Positions 40,101 through 54,572 of a stretch of 64,000 bases of DNA are shown here, in pieces; the stretch's first letter is position 1; each line of letters opens with the position of its first letter. The notes beneath the pieces are model-generated. The model did no database searches, was not told the origin of the DNA, and worked only from the letters and a program-made list of their open reading frames with translations. The DNA comes from the human T2T-CHM13v2.0 reference genome, Homo sapiens: the NCBI RefSeq assembly GCF_009914755.1, contig NC_060939.1. One strand, written 5' to 3'. A program made the position numbers and the translations under genes.

Positions 40101-40852
40101 CTTTTTTTTTTTTTTTTTTTTAATATAAAGACTTTACTGTTTTACTTATTACACAAGGAATATATGTGGTGTTGACAATTTGGAAAATACAAATAAACAT
40201 AGATAACATAAAAAAAAATCCATAATTCAGAGAACCTGGAGATAAACTGTAAACATTTTGGCGTGAGTCCTTTAAGTCTCTCTCCGTCTACCTGCATTGA
40301 TGCGTGACTTCCAGGCCCACACGGTGGTAAAGGATGTGGGCTTTGGGGTCTTTGAAGTCCATGTCTGGGGCTGGTTAGTCTTGTGTGGCTTTGGGCATTT
40401 AGCTTTCCCTCTCTAATTCTCAATTTCCTCATCTCTAAGATTGGGATGATATTTATACTTTCAATGATCTTGTGAATACCAAATGAGAGAATCCATCCAA
40501 AGTACTCAGCCCGTGCCTCTCTGCAGTATGTGCTACTGTCGTGATTTTTAAAAAGTAATAAAATTGGATCTCACTATAAATTCTGTTTAGGAACCTACTC
40601 TTTCCTCTAAATCATTCTCATGGCTTTTCTGTAACATCAGATGTTCTTCTCTGCTGTCATAGTTTCAAATGAAAAATGACCTTATTGTTTTTATAAAACA
40701 ATACATATTCATCATGAAGAAAAGTTTATATAAAAATGTTTTTAAAAATTCAAAATCCCCCATTCAGAAATAATCATGACTGGTGGTGGGGTTTGAGAAG
40801 TGACCGTTAACCGCACCTTCCTCTCTGCCCTCACTCTAGCCCCTTCTAATTA

Positions 40853-41460
<608 letters not shown>

Positions 41461-41949
41461 GAAAGGATCATTTGGGAAGTAGACACCCCAGCCAGCCACA
41501 GGGGTTTAAAACATCATCTTGGGGGTTGTGTGGAAAAAACTGCAGTTTGGATTGGAAAACTCTGTTTGTGTCCAGATTCAGGCTTCTTTTCACTACTTTG
41601 TTCTCAGAATAAAACTCTTCCAAGGCAGAACTGCAGGCTTTGTCCCTGCAGATGCTCACCTGCTCAGGTAAGCTTACCTCCTGGAGGAGCAGAGAATATG
41701 TGCATCCTGAGGGCTGTTCACAGAATTGGGGGAGAAGGGGGTCAGGGCAAGCTTGCCAGCTTCCTGCTTGCAATTCTGTGAATCGAGTAAGTTGCCAATC
41801 CTTCCCTTTGGGGAGGATTGAGTGGGGAAGTTAGAAGAGCAGATGCTTTTTCTCTGTTAATTTCCAGAAGGTGGACGTTCGTCTAGTCTATATCAAGGTA
41901 TGAATTCTGGGGAAAGGGAAGAAGAATTTCTTGTTATTATTAGGAATAT

Positions 41950-43600
41950 ATCATTTTAGAGTTCTTTCTATTCTTATACATGGAAAAATGACTGGCTGAG
42001 TAGATATACTTATAAAATGTATGTTCTAAAAATAGCAGTAAGTTTAATTTCACTGAAACTTAACAGAAGACTTCAGTAAAACTGGAAAGAAGTAACTATC
42101 TTTTGCTACTAAATGTTGCTGTAGAAGTGTCCAAGGCCAGCCTTATTTTTCCTCCCTTAGAGATAATTTATTATTGCCTATAGGTTAGATATATGAGGAA
42201 TCTTTTCTTAATATTTGACAGATAATTTAATTCTGATGTATATTACTGCTGTGTGATGTGTGTCATAGTTTTTGGAACTGGATGTGTATTTTCAATCAAC
42301 AGATGCAATTCTTTATTAGTTTTGGGAGAATTTCTTTGTATTATCTCTTCAAACACTGGGTTCTATGCAGTGAATTCTCTGCTGTAAGGCACCAATTGTC
42401 TGTATGTTACATTGTCTTTGAACTCCATAGTTGTCTGTTTTGCTTCGATTACTTGAATCCCTTTTTTTTATCTGCATTCACCATGTTTATTTTTAGCTTT
42501 CCTCTAGTCAGAAAATTGATTTTAAACCATCTTTCTTTAGTCCTGTGTAGATTCTGTTTCATATCTTTATTTTCTAGGGTTGGCTTTAGTTTTCAACGTA
42601 TTTCTTTAGATCTACAATCTTTTTTTTTTCCCTTTTTTAGATGTTGTCTTTGGGTTCTTGATGTATTGAACTCATATTCTTATTAAGTTCTATGGCTCAA
42701 AGATCTTTTGGGGGGTATCTTTCTCTGGCTGAGTTACGTTTTCTTTTATTTTGAGTTCTTTGTCTTTGACACCTACTGTTGCTTTCTTGCCTTTCCAGGA
42801 GTCTGTGTTTAAAGATAACCATGCCTTGTGGTTTTTCATTTTATTCTTGCTGAAGTAAATCAGGCTATATCTTTCTTTGATTTATTTATTTGAAGGCTAT
42901 CTTTTTTCTTCTTGCTACCAAGCTGAAGTTTGAAGGCTGGTTTTTTGTTTCTGTTCATGCTTTCTGTAGCCTGAAGACTTATGAAATGTCTTGGGCCAGT
43001 TGAGCTGTAGCAGGTCGTATGCTGGGTGCTGAGTAGGCTTGGCTAGATGTGGTCTTGGCAGCTTTCACTTGTGGGATCTTTTGAAGGCCCTTTTAAGTGG
43101 GTTCGGTCTTCCTGTGTGGGGGGCACACACTGCACACCCTCTGGCAGTATTCTGTGGCCTCGGGTCAGCCTTGGGTTTCACGTTGGACTCCCAGAGTCTT
43201 CATTCCTTGCAGCAGAGATGATCAACACCACGGTTTATGCATCATCTCATCCTTTTCTCCCCAGCAGATGTTTTCTCTCTTCCCTAGTCAGAAGAAGAGA
43301 ATATAGGGATAACTACTCAGGTGTTTTTTTCTAGATGTGGTGATATTGATGAAAACTCTCAGAATGTTTATTTATTCACTGTTTTGTCTTCCTGAGGGTG
43401 TTTGACTCAGGGCTCTGAGCCTTGCCACACTGGATTCTTTTTCCTTTATTTTATTTCCCAGGCACCTTTTGACTTTATGACACTGGGGTGTGCTCATTTT
43501 GTTTTTTTTTGGTTTTTTTTTTTTTTTTTTTTGGCTGATAAGTGTTTTATTTCAGGTTTAATTTTTTTTTAATTCAAATTTAGGAAGAGTGAGATTTTAT
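41950..43600 (-). mobile_element. HAL1-like LINE fragment
   Basis: AATGTTGCTGTAGAAGTGTCCAAGGCCAGCCTTATTTTT and T-rich ORF1-antisense character. Confidence 0.5.
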
Positions 43601-43997
43601 ACAGAGGTTTAATTCTACCATTTTAACTGGGAAATGTCTAGCAACATTTGAAAAGATTGTGTAATATTCCATTGTATTCCATTTCCCTATTTCTGTATGG
43701 TAGGTTGCTTATGGTTTTGTTTTGCTGATACAAATTCTGGTTGCTCATTTCTTTTCATTGTTTTGCTTTTCAGAATTACAAAATGGGATGATGAGTTCAA
43801 GGGATTGGTCACAAAAGATGTGGGGAGTCAAATCCTCTGTGGAAAGGGGAATTGCCTTCGTCGAGGATGTGGTGTGTGCCCGGGAGGACACAAGCAGTCT
43901 GATCGAACTCTCACACAAATCCCATGCAGTAGATGTCATTATTTCTCTTTTCCGTATAAGGAAATAGGGCTCACTTCTAGAAGTTAAAGAATGTGCT

Positions 43998-44311
43998 GGA
44001 TGGGCACGGTGGCTCACGCCTGTAATCCCAGCACTTTGGGAAGCCAGTGCGGGCAGATCACGAGGTCAGGAGTTCGAGACCAGCCTGGCCAACGTGGTGA
44101 AACCCCTTCTCTACTAAAAATACAAAAAAATAGCCGGGCATGGTGGCAGTTGCCTGTAATCCCAGCTACTCGGCGGGCTGAGGTAGGAGAATCACTTGAA
44201 CCCGGGAGGCGGATAGGTTGCAGTGAGCCGAGACCATGCCACCGCACTCCAGCCAGGGCAACAAAATGAGACTCCGTCTCAAAAAAAAAAAGAAAAGAAA
44301 AAAGAAGAAAG
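43998..44311 (+). mobile_element. AluS
   Basis: Full Alu; TSD AAAGAA(T/C)GTGC. Confidence 0.93.
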
Positions 44312-45275
44312 AAAGAACGTGCCCAAGCCCAAGTTGGCACAGCTAGTGTTTGATCTTGAGTCTCTTGGTTCCAGCTCTAAATTCCCTTCTCTTTGATCAC
44401 ACCACGCCTTGAAAAAATTCGCAGCTGAATGCTTCAGTGTCTTGAGTGTGTTGATATTATTTTAACATGTTACCACCTGTGAGAGAACACTGTTCTCACT
44501 CTCTCTTTTAAACTGAGGGAAAAGGTAATGAACATTGAACATGACTTTACTGGGACCAGAGAATAACTTCACCAGGGCCAGAGAATCTGTTCTCTGTTCC
44601 CTTCCTCCCCTTTAGGGCATGGTGGCGTCTGTAAGTGACAAGAGTGCTCTGAAAAAGACCTGTTATACATTCCAGGGCTGGTCACAGGGCCCCTGCTCCT
44701 GGCATGCAGCTACCTGCGTGCTCAGCACTCACCTGCGTTCCTGATTTGAACAGCCAGCCACTCAAACACATGGGCCATTATGTAATATTTCTGCCATAAC
44801 AATTCCCACAAAATTACAGAGTGTTCTGTGTCAGTGTGAACAGACACTCTAATTAGTGTTTACTTGTTCAACAAGCGATCATTTTTCAAAATTTTAGTGC
44901 AAAATTACATTTACCTTATTCAAAAAGTATTCCACAGCGCTGAGTAACATGTTGATGTTTGCCAAAAGATGCTGATGGGAGAGCCATCTATTTACTGTGG
45001 GTGTCAGTTTTCTCCTCGAAAACAAAAGTGAGTACCATGCCATCTTACATGTGTGGAGTGTTCAGCCAGTTTCAGTGTTGTGGGATTATGTCATTTCAGA
45101 CTGACAGCAACCCTGGGACATCTGTGGGGCAATTTTGCCCCACTTTTGTTTTTAATTCTATTATGACGAAACAAAAAAGTAGAAATTATAGTACAGTGGA
45201 CACCCATGTACTCACCACCTAGGACTGACTAGTTGTTAAGATTTGACACATTTGCTTCATATATACAGCTACATT

Positions 45276-45277
<2 letters not shown>

Positions 45278-45321
<44 letters not shown>

Positions 45322-45332
45322 TACATACATAC
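45278..45332. repeat. (CA)n(TACA)n microsatellite
   Basis: Seen directly. Confidence 0.95.
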
Positions 45333-45659
45333 TTTATTTCAGGACCATTTTAAAGTAAATTATAGAAATGATGACACTTCACACCTAAATACTTCAGTAT
45401 ACCTCTTCATAAACTATGGTCATTTCCCTATAAAACTGCAACCCTACTATCACTCCTAACAAAATTAAGTAGTCCCTAATTTCAATTAATACTTCCTACA
45501 TATCAGATTTCTCCAAAATGTTCCCAAAATATCTCTATCGCAATTGCCATTTCTAGCTCTATACCTAGCTTTCTCTGGAACTATTTATTTGTTTATAAAC
45601 AGCCACAAACCAATTCAAGATCATACATTTCATTTGTTCTATGATTTTGTGTCATTTCC

Positions 45660-46460
45660 TTTGTTTTTTTTCTTTATTGTGGAAAATTACACATAAAATT
45701 TACCATCTTAATCATTTTGAAGTGTACAGTGAACTCAGTGGTGTAGTAGTCCCCCTTGCTCTTGGGGGATATGTTCCAAGACCCCTGATATGGATGCCTG
45801 GAACCTTGGATAGTACTAAATGCTATATATGATATGGTTTTTCCTATATGTATATACCTATGATAAAGTTTAATTTATAAATTAGGCACAGTAAGATTAA
45901 CAACAATAATAATTCAACATAATTATAACAATATGCTGTAATAAAAGTTATGTGAATGTGGTCTCTCTCAATACATCTTACTGTTGCTCACTATTTTCTG
46001 ACTGTAGTTGACCTCAGGTAACTGAAAACTTGGAAGTGAAACTCTGGATAAGCGGGGACTCCTACATTAAGTATATTCACAACGTTGTGCAACTATCACC
46101 ACCATCTACCTCTGGAACTCTTCTTCCCAGAGGGAAACTCCATACCCATTAAAGATCACTGCCCACTCCCCTTCCCCCAGCCCTGGCCACCACTGTTCAC
46201 TTCCTATCTCTATGATTCTGACTACCCTAGGGCCTCATATACAGTGTTTGTCCTTTTGCAACGGGCTTGTTTCAGTCAGCATAATGTCCTCACAGGTCAT
46301 CCAAGTTGGGGGCTGGGTCAGAATTTCCTTCCTTTTTAGGCTGAATTTTCCATAGTATGTATAGACCACGTTTTGCTTATCCAGTCGTCTGTCGATGGAC
46401 ACTTCCGTTGCTTCCACATGTTGGCTATTGTGAATAATGCCGCTCCGATCATCGCTGTAG
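45660..46460 (-). mobile_element. L1MB 3' end, inside an older L1MC/ME fragment (~45150-46750)
   Basis: CATAAAATTTACCATCTTAATCATTTTGAAGTGTACAGT...GATGGACACTT..GTTGCTTCCACATGTTGGCTATTGTGAATAATGC. Confidence 0.75.
45744..46064 (+). mobile_element. MER44A (Tigger7 derivative) nested in L1MB
   Basis: AGTAGTCCCCCTT...GGATAAGCGGGGACT inverted termini; TTTAATTTATAAATTAGGCACAGTAAGA core. Confidence 0.8.
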
Positions 46461-47501
46461 AGCTTTCATCTGGAATAATTTCCCCACTTTTTCCCCACTA
46501 GGTTAACTTTTTGAAGGGGTTGGGTCAGTTGTCATTCCACAGAACATCTTCTGTAATGTTTCGTATTCTGAATGTATCTGATTATTTCCTCGTGGTTTCA
46601 TTTAACTTGTCTCTTTTCTCTGTATTTCCTGTGCAATGGAAGTTAGCTTTTGCTTGACTAGATTTAAGTTTTGCTTGATTAGAGGAGATAATTGGTGAGG
46701 AATTCTTTCAAGTACATTGTATTAAAACACCTGGTTGACCCCTGCTCATGGTGCTAAGGCTGACCATGAGGTTGAGATGGGTGGTTACATCCACACCACT
46801 CCACATGAAACAGACATTTGCCGCCTTGAAGTTGGCAGACAGTCTGTGTTGGTGCCCTTTTAATAGATGAGTCAGTTGCTGAAATTCTGAGTAGGCTCTG
46901 ACTTGGTTACCAGTGATCTCTACCATTTACTGAGCATCCGCTGTGTGTACCTGACACATGTCATCTCATTTAGTCCTTTAGGGGCGGCAGTGTTGTCCCA
47001 CATTGTAGCTCATTGTAGGAGATCCTAGTTGCACTTCTGTTATGAAGCCACTCCTGCCTCCCTTTCCTCTGACCCTCCCCTCCCACTGTGGATCATGGTC
47101 TCCTCCCCCAGCTCCATGGCATGATGTTGGCACTGCCTTTCCAGTTTACTCTCTCCACAGGGTAAAAACTGGACTCTGGAGCAAGAGACTGCCTGGATTC
47201 CAATCCCAGCTCTGCCCGTCACATGTGACGTAAACCTAGGTTGGTTCCTCCCCCGTCAGTTGGAGATGATTAAAGTACCTGCCACAGAGGGCTCTCCTGA
47301 GCGTGAAAGGAGTTACTGCCTGGGAAGCACTTGTGTGTGATAAGTCTTAGCCTCATTCTCTGTCATTCCTTCCATCGGTCCCTGGAGACAGTTGCTCAGT
47401 CCGTGTTTTGCTTTGAAGGTTTTGCCGTAACTCACAATAGAGAAACACAGGATGACTGAAAATCAGGTAATAAACATGAAGCAGTGACAGTGATTCTAGA
47501 G

Positions 47502-47707
47502 CAGGGGTTGGCAAACTATAGCCCATGGGCCAAACCTGGCCTGCTCTCTACTTTTGTAAGTCAACTTTTATTGGAACACAGCCATGCTGATTTATGTATA
47601 TATTATCATCATCATGTGACAGAAACCATATTGCCTGCAAGTAATATGGCCTGCAAAGCCTAAAATAGCTGCTATCTGGCCTTTACAGAAAAGGTTTGCT
47701 ACCCCTG
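47502..47707. mobile_element. MER58A hAT-Charlie
   Basis: CAGGGGTTGGCAAACT...GGTTTGCTACCCCTG TIRs, flanked by TTCTAGAG/CTCTAGAA. Confidence 0.8.
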
Positions 47708-47773
47708 CTCTAGAATCTTAAAGAATTCTTAGAGTTGTGGTCTCAGATCTCTAGATCCCAGAGATGCCACCTC

Positions 47774-47915
47774 AGCTGAGCGTGGTGGCTCACACCTGTA
47801 ATCCCAGAACCTTGGGAGGACAAGGTGGACAGATAGTTTGAACCCAGGACTTCTAGACTAGCCTGGGCAACATGGTGAAACCCCTTCTCTATTTCTATAA
47901 ATTAATTTTTAAAAG
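47774..47915 (+). mobile_element. FLAM/Alu monomer
   Basis: Single left arm with GCCACCTC TSD. Confidence 0.8.
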
Positions 47916-49836
47916 CCACCTCCTGCTAAATTCTTGTCTTCAGCTTTCACTCCCAGGAGTGGCATTGCCCAACCTTCCCAGTTGGGAAAGTTCATTTAGT
48001 CTGCCTCTAAAGGACCAAATGAGATAAAGTGTGTCAGGTACACATAGCGGATGCTCAATAAACGCTAGTGACTGTGATCACTGGTAACCAAGTTACAGCC
48101 TAGTCAGGATTTTGGCAAGTGCCTCATCTGTTAAAAGGGCACCAACGCAGACTGCCAACTTCAAGGGAGCAAATGTCTGTTTCACATGGAGCGGTCTGGA
48201 TGTTACCACCCATCTCAATCCCGTGGTCAGCCTTAGCACCATGAGCAGGGGTCAAGCAGGTGTTTTAATATAAAGTACTTGAAAGAATTCCTTACAGGTA
48301 TCTCCTATAATTAAGCACAAATTAAATCTAGTCAAGCTACCTAGAGCTGGAGGCTGACTTCTTTATCTGAGCAGGCCCCTCCTGCAGATCTGAGGCTGGC
48401 AAGCATGGGCTCTGGATAAGTGGTAGGTTCCGGAGGCCTCTCAACTGGAACTGTTCTCTTTACTGTGAGTCTTTTCTCCCAGCCAGTCCACTGAGTAGGC
48501 CTGCTTTTGTTTTGCACAGCACCTCACAGGTGACCCAGCAGGGAGCCCTGGTGCGCTCTTCTCTGCTGTCCAGCATGGATGTGGCCTATGGTAGAGGGAC
48601 TGCCCTGTGGGATCACAGGCCTTTTCTGTATTCACATTGCCTGCCCACACACACTAACCATCACAGCTCATTACAGATATTTGACTTTTGCCGATATGTT
48701 TGGGGTTCTGCTGTTTGACCCAAATGGATCTGATTCAAATCCATTGAATGAGAAACCTCAATACCATAAGTTTCTTCTGCATTTTCACAGAAACAGAACA
48801 CTTTCCTGAAGTCATTCTCTATTATGTGCAACTTATGTGACTTGATTTATTTCTTGATCTTTAAGATAGTTTTTATTGATCTGAGGCATTAAATTGAATT
48901 CTGATGTGAAAGAATCTTTTCCCTTATATTTTATGTTGTCTCCTAACCACTTAAGTAGCTGTTTAATCTTTTAATTAAGTTGGTGTGAACCTTCTTCAAA
49001 CGATGATGGCTGTTCTCCTTGTATATATTTTAAAATTTTGATATCAGACCTCCCTCTCTAATCTCTCTTAACCTTAAAAATTTTAAGATGTTCGTGTTCT
49101 TTGAAGCTACTTTATTAATTCAAGACCTATTTATTGAGCTTCTGTGACTTGTCAGGCACTCTTCTAGATACTGGGGACCCAGCATATCAAAACACAAGAA
49201 ATCGCTATAAAGACGCTTACGTTGTGGTACTTTTGCTCATGACATCACTGCAAGGTTTGATATTCTTCAGAGAGTGGTATGGTGGCCGAATGTAGAAGTC
49301 CATTCAAGTCACAGAGGAGAAAATTGAAGTGGATCTGCAGAAACAGAGGCTCCACAGCAGTGAAGAGGAAGGGAGGAAATTTTAGGGAAGGCCTTTGGGA
49401 AGGGGAAGGAGGTAACTAACTCCCTTGGCTGGAAGGTCCAGTCAGGTAAGGGAAGGTTTTGAAGGCTAGGCTCAATCTAGTGGGCATAAAGGAGTTACAG
49501 GTTTTTGCAAAAAGGGGTGTGGTCTATAGAAGGAGGCGTTTTAGGAAGCTAGTAGCTCAATGAACCTACAAAAAAATCTGAGACCTGTAGTCTGATCTAA
49601 GCCTGCAGCCAAAAGTTAGGGAGTCAGGTGTTTGGATGGAGCCACCCTTCCAGCTCTCCATTTACCAGGTGATGGGGCCACACAGGGAGCATCCTGTGGA
49701 AGGACTAGAATCTCAGGGCTTTCCTTAGGTGAGGCTGCACCGGAACAGAGAGAACTGTGCTGACAACATGAGGCAAGATCTGGTATCCCAGAAATGAAAC
49801 CATCATCAGGTGGCATCTGAAGTAGGGATTTAGGCC

Positions 49837-50130
<294 letters not shown>

Positions 50131-51850
50131 GATTTAGGCCTTTTCAGTGGGCTCCAGGATTGCAGATGTGTTCACTGTCCTTGGTAGTAGCCAAATGCCA
50201 TCAGAAGAAATTAGCTCATGGACTGTTTGCAGGGCATGGTGTCATCTCATGGTCTTCTAAATATTGGCCCCTACAGCTCAGAGACTAGATGATGGGACAC
50301 TTGAAGCTTCCGCTCGGTATGCAGACAGTGTTAAGAATGGCATCGTGACAGGGACAGATCAGCATTCCTACCACACTCTGTTATGTTTTAAAATCAGATT
50401 CTCATTTTATGTCAAACCATCCAGAACTGTCATCTCTTAGCCGTCTTTCTCACAACTCAAAGCGTAGATTTTCATGCCCAGAAAAATTTTCATTCACAGA
50501 CATCTAAACAATGAAATACTTATAGTAACTGAAAAAGTACCCATGCTTCATCAAAAGGACCTTATGCTTAAAGAGAGAAATGTTGCATTTCTTGGAGATT
50601 TTATAATTTTTTTCTTACACTTAGGAAATAAGAATTTGGGCTTTTTTTCCTCCTTACCAGTTTTATCCATTTCTCTCTTGTGAATAGTTGCAGTCATTCT
50701 TCCTGGCATTGAAGTATTTCTGAAATAGCTCTTCTTATCTAGGCATAATTACAACATATCTATGAAGTACGTGACTCTATTTTGAAAATCAGCCTGTGAT
50801 CTGCACACTTGCTTCTGAACACACACTTCTACCCACATGCAAATTCTGAAGGGTAAGCACGCTGAATTCGGCAGCCACTTTTCCAAAGGCAATAGAGTAA
50901 TCGGATAGGCCATGGTTATATAGAATATCTGTTGGCATAAGGGTTCTACTAAAATATTTATTGCTTGACCCTGAGTGGGTGCCTATAAAGCAGGTACGTT
51001 TTGCACACCACTTACACTGTGATATGCTTGGTATCTGTCACTTATTTTTTCTGCCTTTTTTTTTTTTAAAGCCACCATCTGCATTTTCTACTTTGAAGCA
51101 CATTAGTTACTATGGAAACAGTGATGTCATTGGTGGGGGTGAGGGTTAGTAACATCTACAAGGACAGTATAAAATCATTTTATTTAATGGGTTGAAATTT
51201 ATATGACACTTGGGAGAAATGATGAGTATGCTTAAGAGAATGGTGTGGGTATACAACCGTAGCTACTATGATGCCTATACATGTAACAAATCAGCATTTG
51301 TATGGTTTTTAGGTTGCAACAAAAATATGGCTGAAAACTAAGAAAAATACGAAGAAGAGAAAATGGAAGGTCAGGGCATTCTTATAATTGTTCTAGCCGC
51401 TCAGAACATCATTTTCTGAAGGTGGCCTTCTGGTTAATACAAATATATAGATGTCCCTATATAGATGTAATTTATATCAGCTAATGGTCCAGTTTTCTTC
51501 TATAGAGATACTGTCATGGGACAGGTTTTTGGCTTTCTGAATGAAATTTGTGTTCCAGGCAGTAGTGGTTCAATTCTGACATGCAACCAAGCTCTTAACG
51601 AGATTCCTGAAGAGGATCCCATGGTCTCCGAAGCTCCAGACAGAGATTTTATGTAAGGACAGTTGTGTGTCGCAGCAGAGATGGCACAGTGAGTCCCAGG
51701 AAGGGCCCTTGGATCTCTTTAATAAGATATTCAGGGCTCTGTGCAGAATGTCTGAATGAAGCTGGCTGTGTTCCTCTTTCATTTAGTCTCCTTGGAAAGA
51801 AAAAGTGCTCCAGATAGATAGATATGCTCCTCAACCTGCTTGTATGTGTG

Positions 51851-51946
51851 TCCGTCCGTCCGTCCGTCCGTCCGTCCGTCCGTCCGTCCATCCATCCATC
51901 CATCCATCCATCCATCCATCCATCTATCTATCTATCTATCTATCTA
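51851..51946. repeat. Compound tetranucleotide STR (TCCG)9(TCCA)9(TCTA)6
   Basis: Counted directly. Confidence 0.95.
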
Positions 51947-51949
51947 TCA

Positions 51950-52130
51950 TCCTGAGATGATGGTAGATTCACATGCAATTGTAAGAAATAATCCAGAGTG
52001 ATCCTGTACACACTCTACCCAGTCTCCCCCAATAGTAACATATTGCAAAACTGTAGTATAACACCACAATTAGGAAATTGACAGTGATAGGGTCCACCAA
52101 CAGATTTCCTCAGTTTTACCGGCACTCGTG

Positions 52131-52177
<47 letters not shown>

Positions 52178-52530
52178 AGTTCTTTGCAGTTTCATCACTT
52201 GTGTGGATTAATGTGACCACCACCACAATCAGGATATAGAATCTGCTGTACATTTATTGCCACAGTCTCTCCTGCTCCCTAACCCCAGGGCAGCACTATT
52301 CTGTTCTCCATCTCTCTAATGTTGTCATTTTACGAATGTTACTTAAATGGCATCATACAGCATGCAACCTTTTGAGATTGTTTTTTTTTTTCCACTAAGC
52401 ACAAATCCCTTGAGATCCATCCAAGTTGTTGCATATATCAATAATTCATTTCTTTTTATTGCAGAGTGATATTGCCTAGTGTGGAGGTACTCCTGTTAGT
52501 TAACCGTTCACCTCTTGATGGCATTTGGGT
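51950..52530 (-). mobile_element. L1MB8/L1MC1-like 3' end with internal (TC)n(TG)n
   Basis: GTAGATTCACATGCAATTGTAAGAAATAAT...CCCAGTCTCCCCCAATAGTAACAT..TGCAAAACT. Confidence 0.75.
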
Positions 52531-54205
52531 TGTGCTTATCTATTTAAACAGAAGTATCTGGGAGAGGGCTTTTGGGGTCCTAAAAGCACAGAATCAGGAA
52601 GCAGTGTAAAGTGCCCCAGTCTCTGTCTATGGTTCTCTTCTTGGTTTTCAGCAGGGATCCTTCCAGAAGCAGTAAGGCCCAATTTATTTAGAGTGATGGA
52701 ATTTGGTGGAGAGAGCAGAATGAGCCCAGAGAGCTGGCTAGCCAGGCGATATGTCTCCTTTCAAAATGGGGCTCAGGATGGGGCTTGGGTGGAGGCTCTG
52801 TGTGCCCTGAGACCTGCATTCATGTATCTGCATTTCTCTTACAAGAATTGATGGGAGAAGGTACCTTTTCTGCAGAGCCTGTGATCAAAGGAGATGTAAT
52901 ACAAGCAGCTTGGCCAGCTTGGTCCCTCCAACCCTTTTGGGGAAGATCAAAACCTGAACCCTTATTCTAGGACAGGAAGCAGAGGGAATTTTTTCCTTGG
53001 TCTTACTGATTGATTTTCATTTCGAAAAGTGTTCCCCCACCTTTTTTTTTTTTAAATGCTCGGGGATTTTCTAACTGGTCATGTGACAGAATTTAAACAC
53101 CAAAACTGTTCTCTGAATACCAGCCACAGGTCTGTATTCCTGGTTTGAGGTTGATCAGGAAGTGGCCTGAGCTGAAAGACCCAGTGATTTGACATTGCTC
53201 TTTCCTTGCATAAAATGCACGATAAAGAAAAATGTTTTTTTCTTTATCGTGCAGTTTATGGAACCAGCAGACTAACCCGCCCCCTTCCCTTGTCTTCTGC
53301 TATTTAATATTTAAGCTGTTGACCTAAAGAAAGAAAGAAAGGGTTTTTAGCCTTGAGATGAAGTTAAAAGCCACTCAGAGAAACCGTTGGATCAGAAGCT
53401 TTTAATACCAACAGCTGTCAGTCAGCGAGCCAGTCAGCACATGGTCTTTCTGTCGGAGCTCAGTGGAGAATGCAAGTCCCCTGTGGTAAATAAGCAACAT
53501 GCCGAGTCTACCAGGAAGGGAAACACGAACACATACTCCCCTGGCCCAGACTTTAGGAGATGGTTTTCTTAGCGCAAGCAGCATGACTTCTTTGCCTGGC
53601 AAACTCCTGGTCATCTTTTACCACTGGAATGTCATGCTTGAGTGAGGTAACCCTGCTCCATCCCTGGCCAGGTCTGGGTCCCCTCTCTTCGGGTCTCTTT
53701 TACAATTGACCCTATTATCATGCAAAACCCTTAAGATCAGTGCCTTCAAGTACAAATGCTTTTCATTGGAGAGTTTGGTTCTAAAGCAGCCACTGAGACC
53801 AATGTTATATGGAGGTGGAATATTACTCAAGGACATCCCCTTAGTTGCCTAGAAGGGAAGCAGTGCATTCCAGGATCAGGCAGTATAAACAGTGCTTACC
53901 TCTGAACACTAGGATCACGCTTAGCATGGTAATAGTGAGATCTATGCACAGGAGGGGGCATGTGAGGACTGAAACTCAGTGTGAGGATGGGAAGTTTATG
54001 TCTCCCTTCTCAAGCACGCAGTCAGGATGTGCATTTGCTGAGTGGAATTGTGGACAAACCATTCACACTCCTTAAATGGTATATATTGAACCCATGCATT
54101 TGCTTCTCTTTGTGTTCATAGCTCCCAGTTTAAGGTTGGACACTTGGTAGCCTTTGGTAAATATTTACTAAATGAATCAATGAATGATCAAACAGAGGGA
54201 CATGA

Positions 54206-54572
<367 letters not shown>

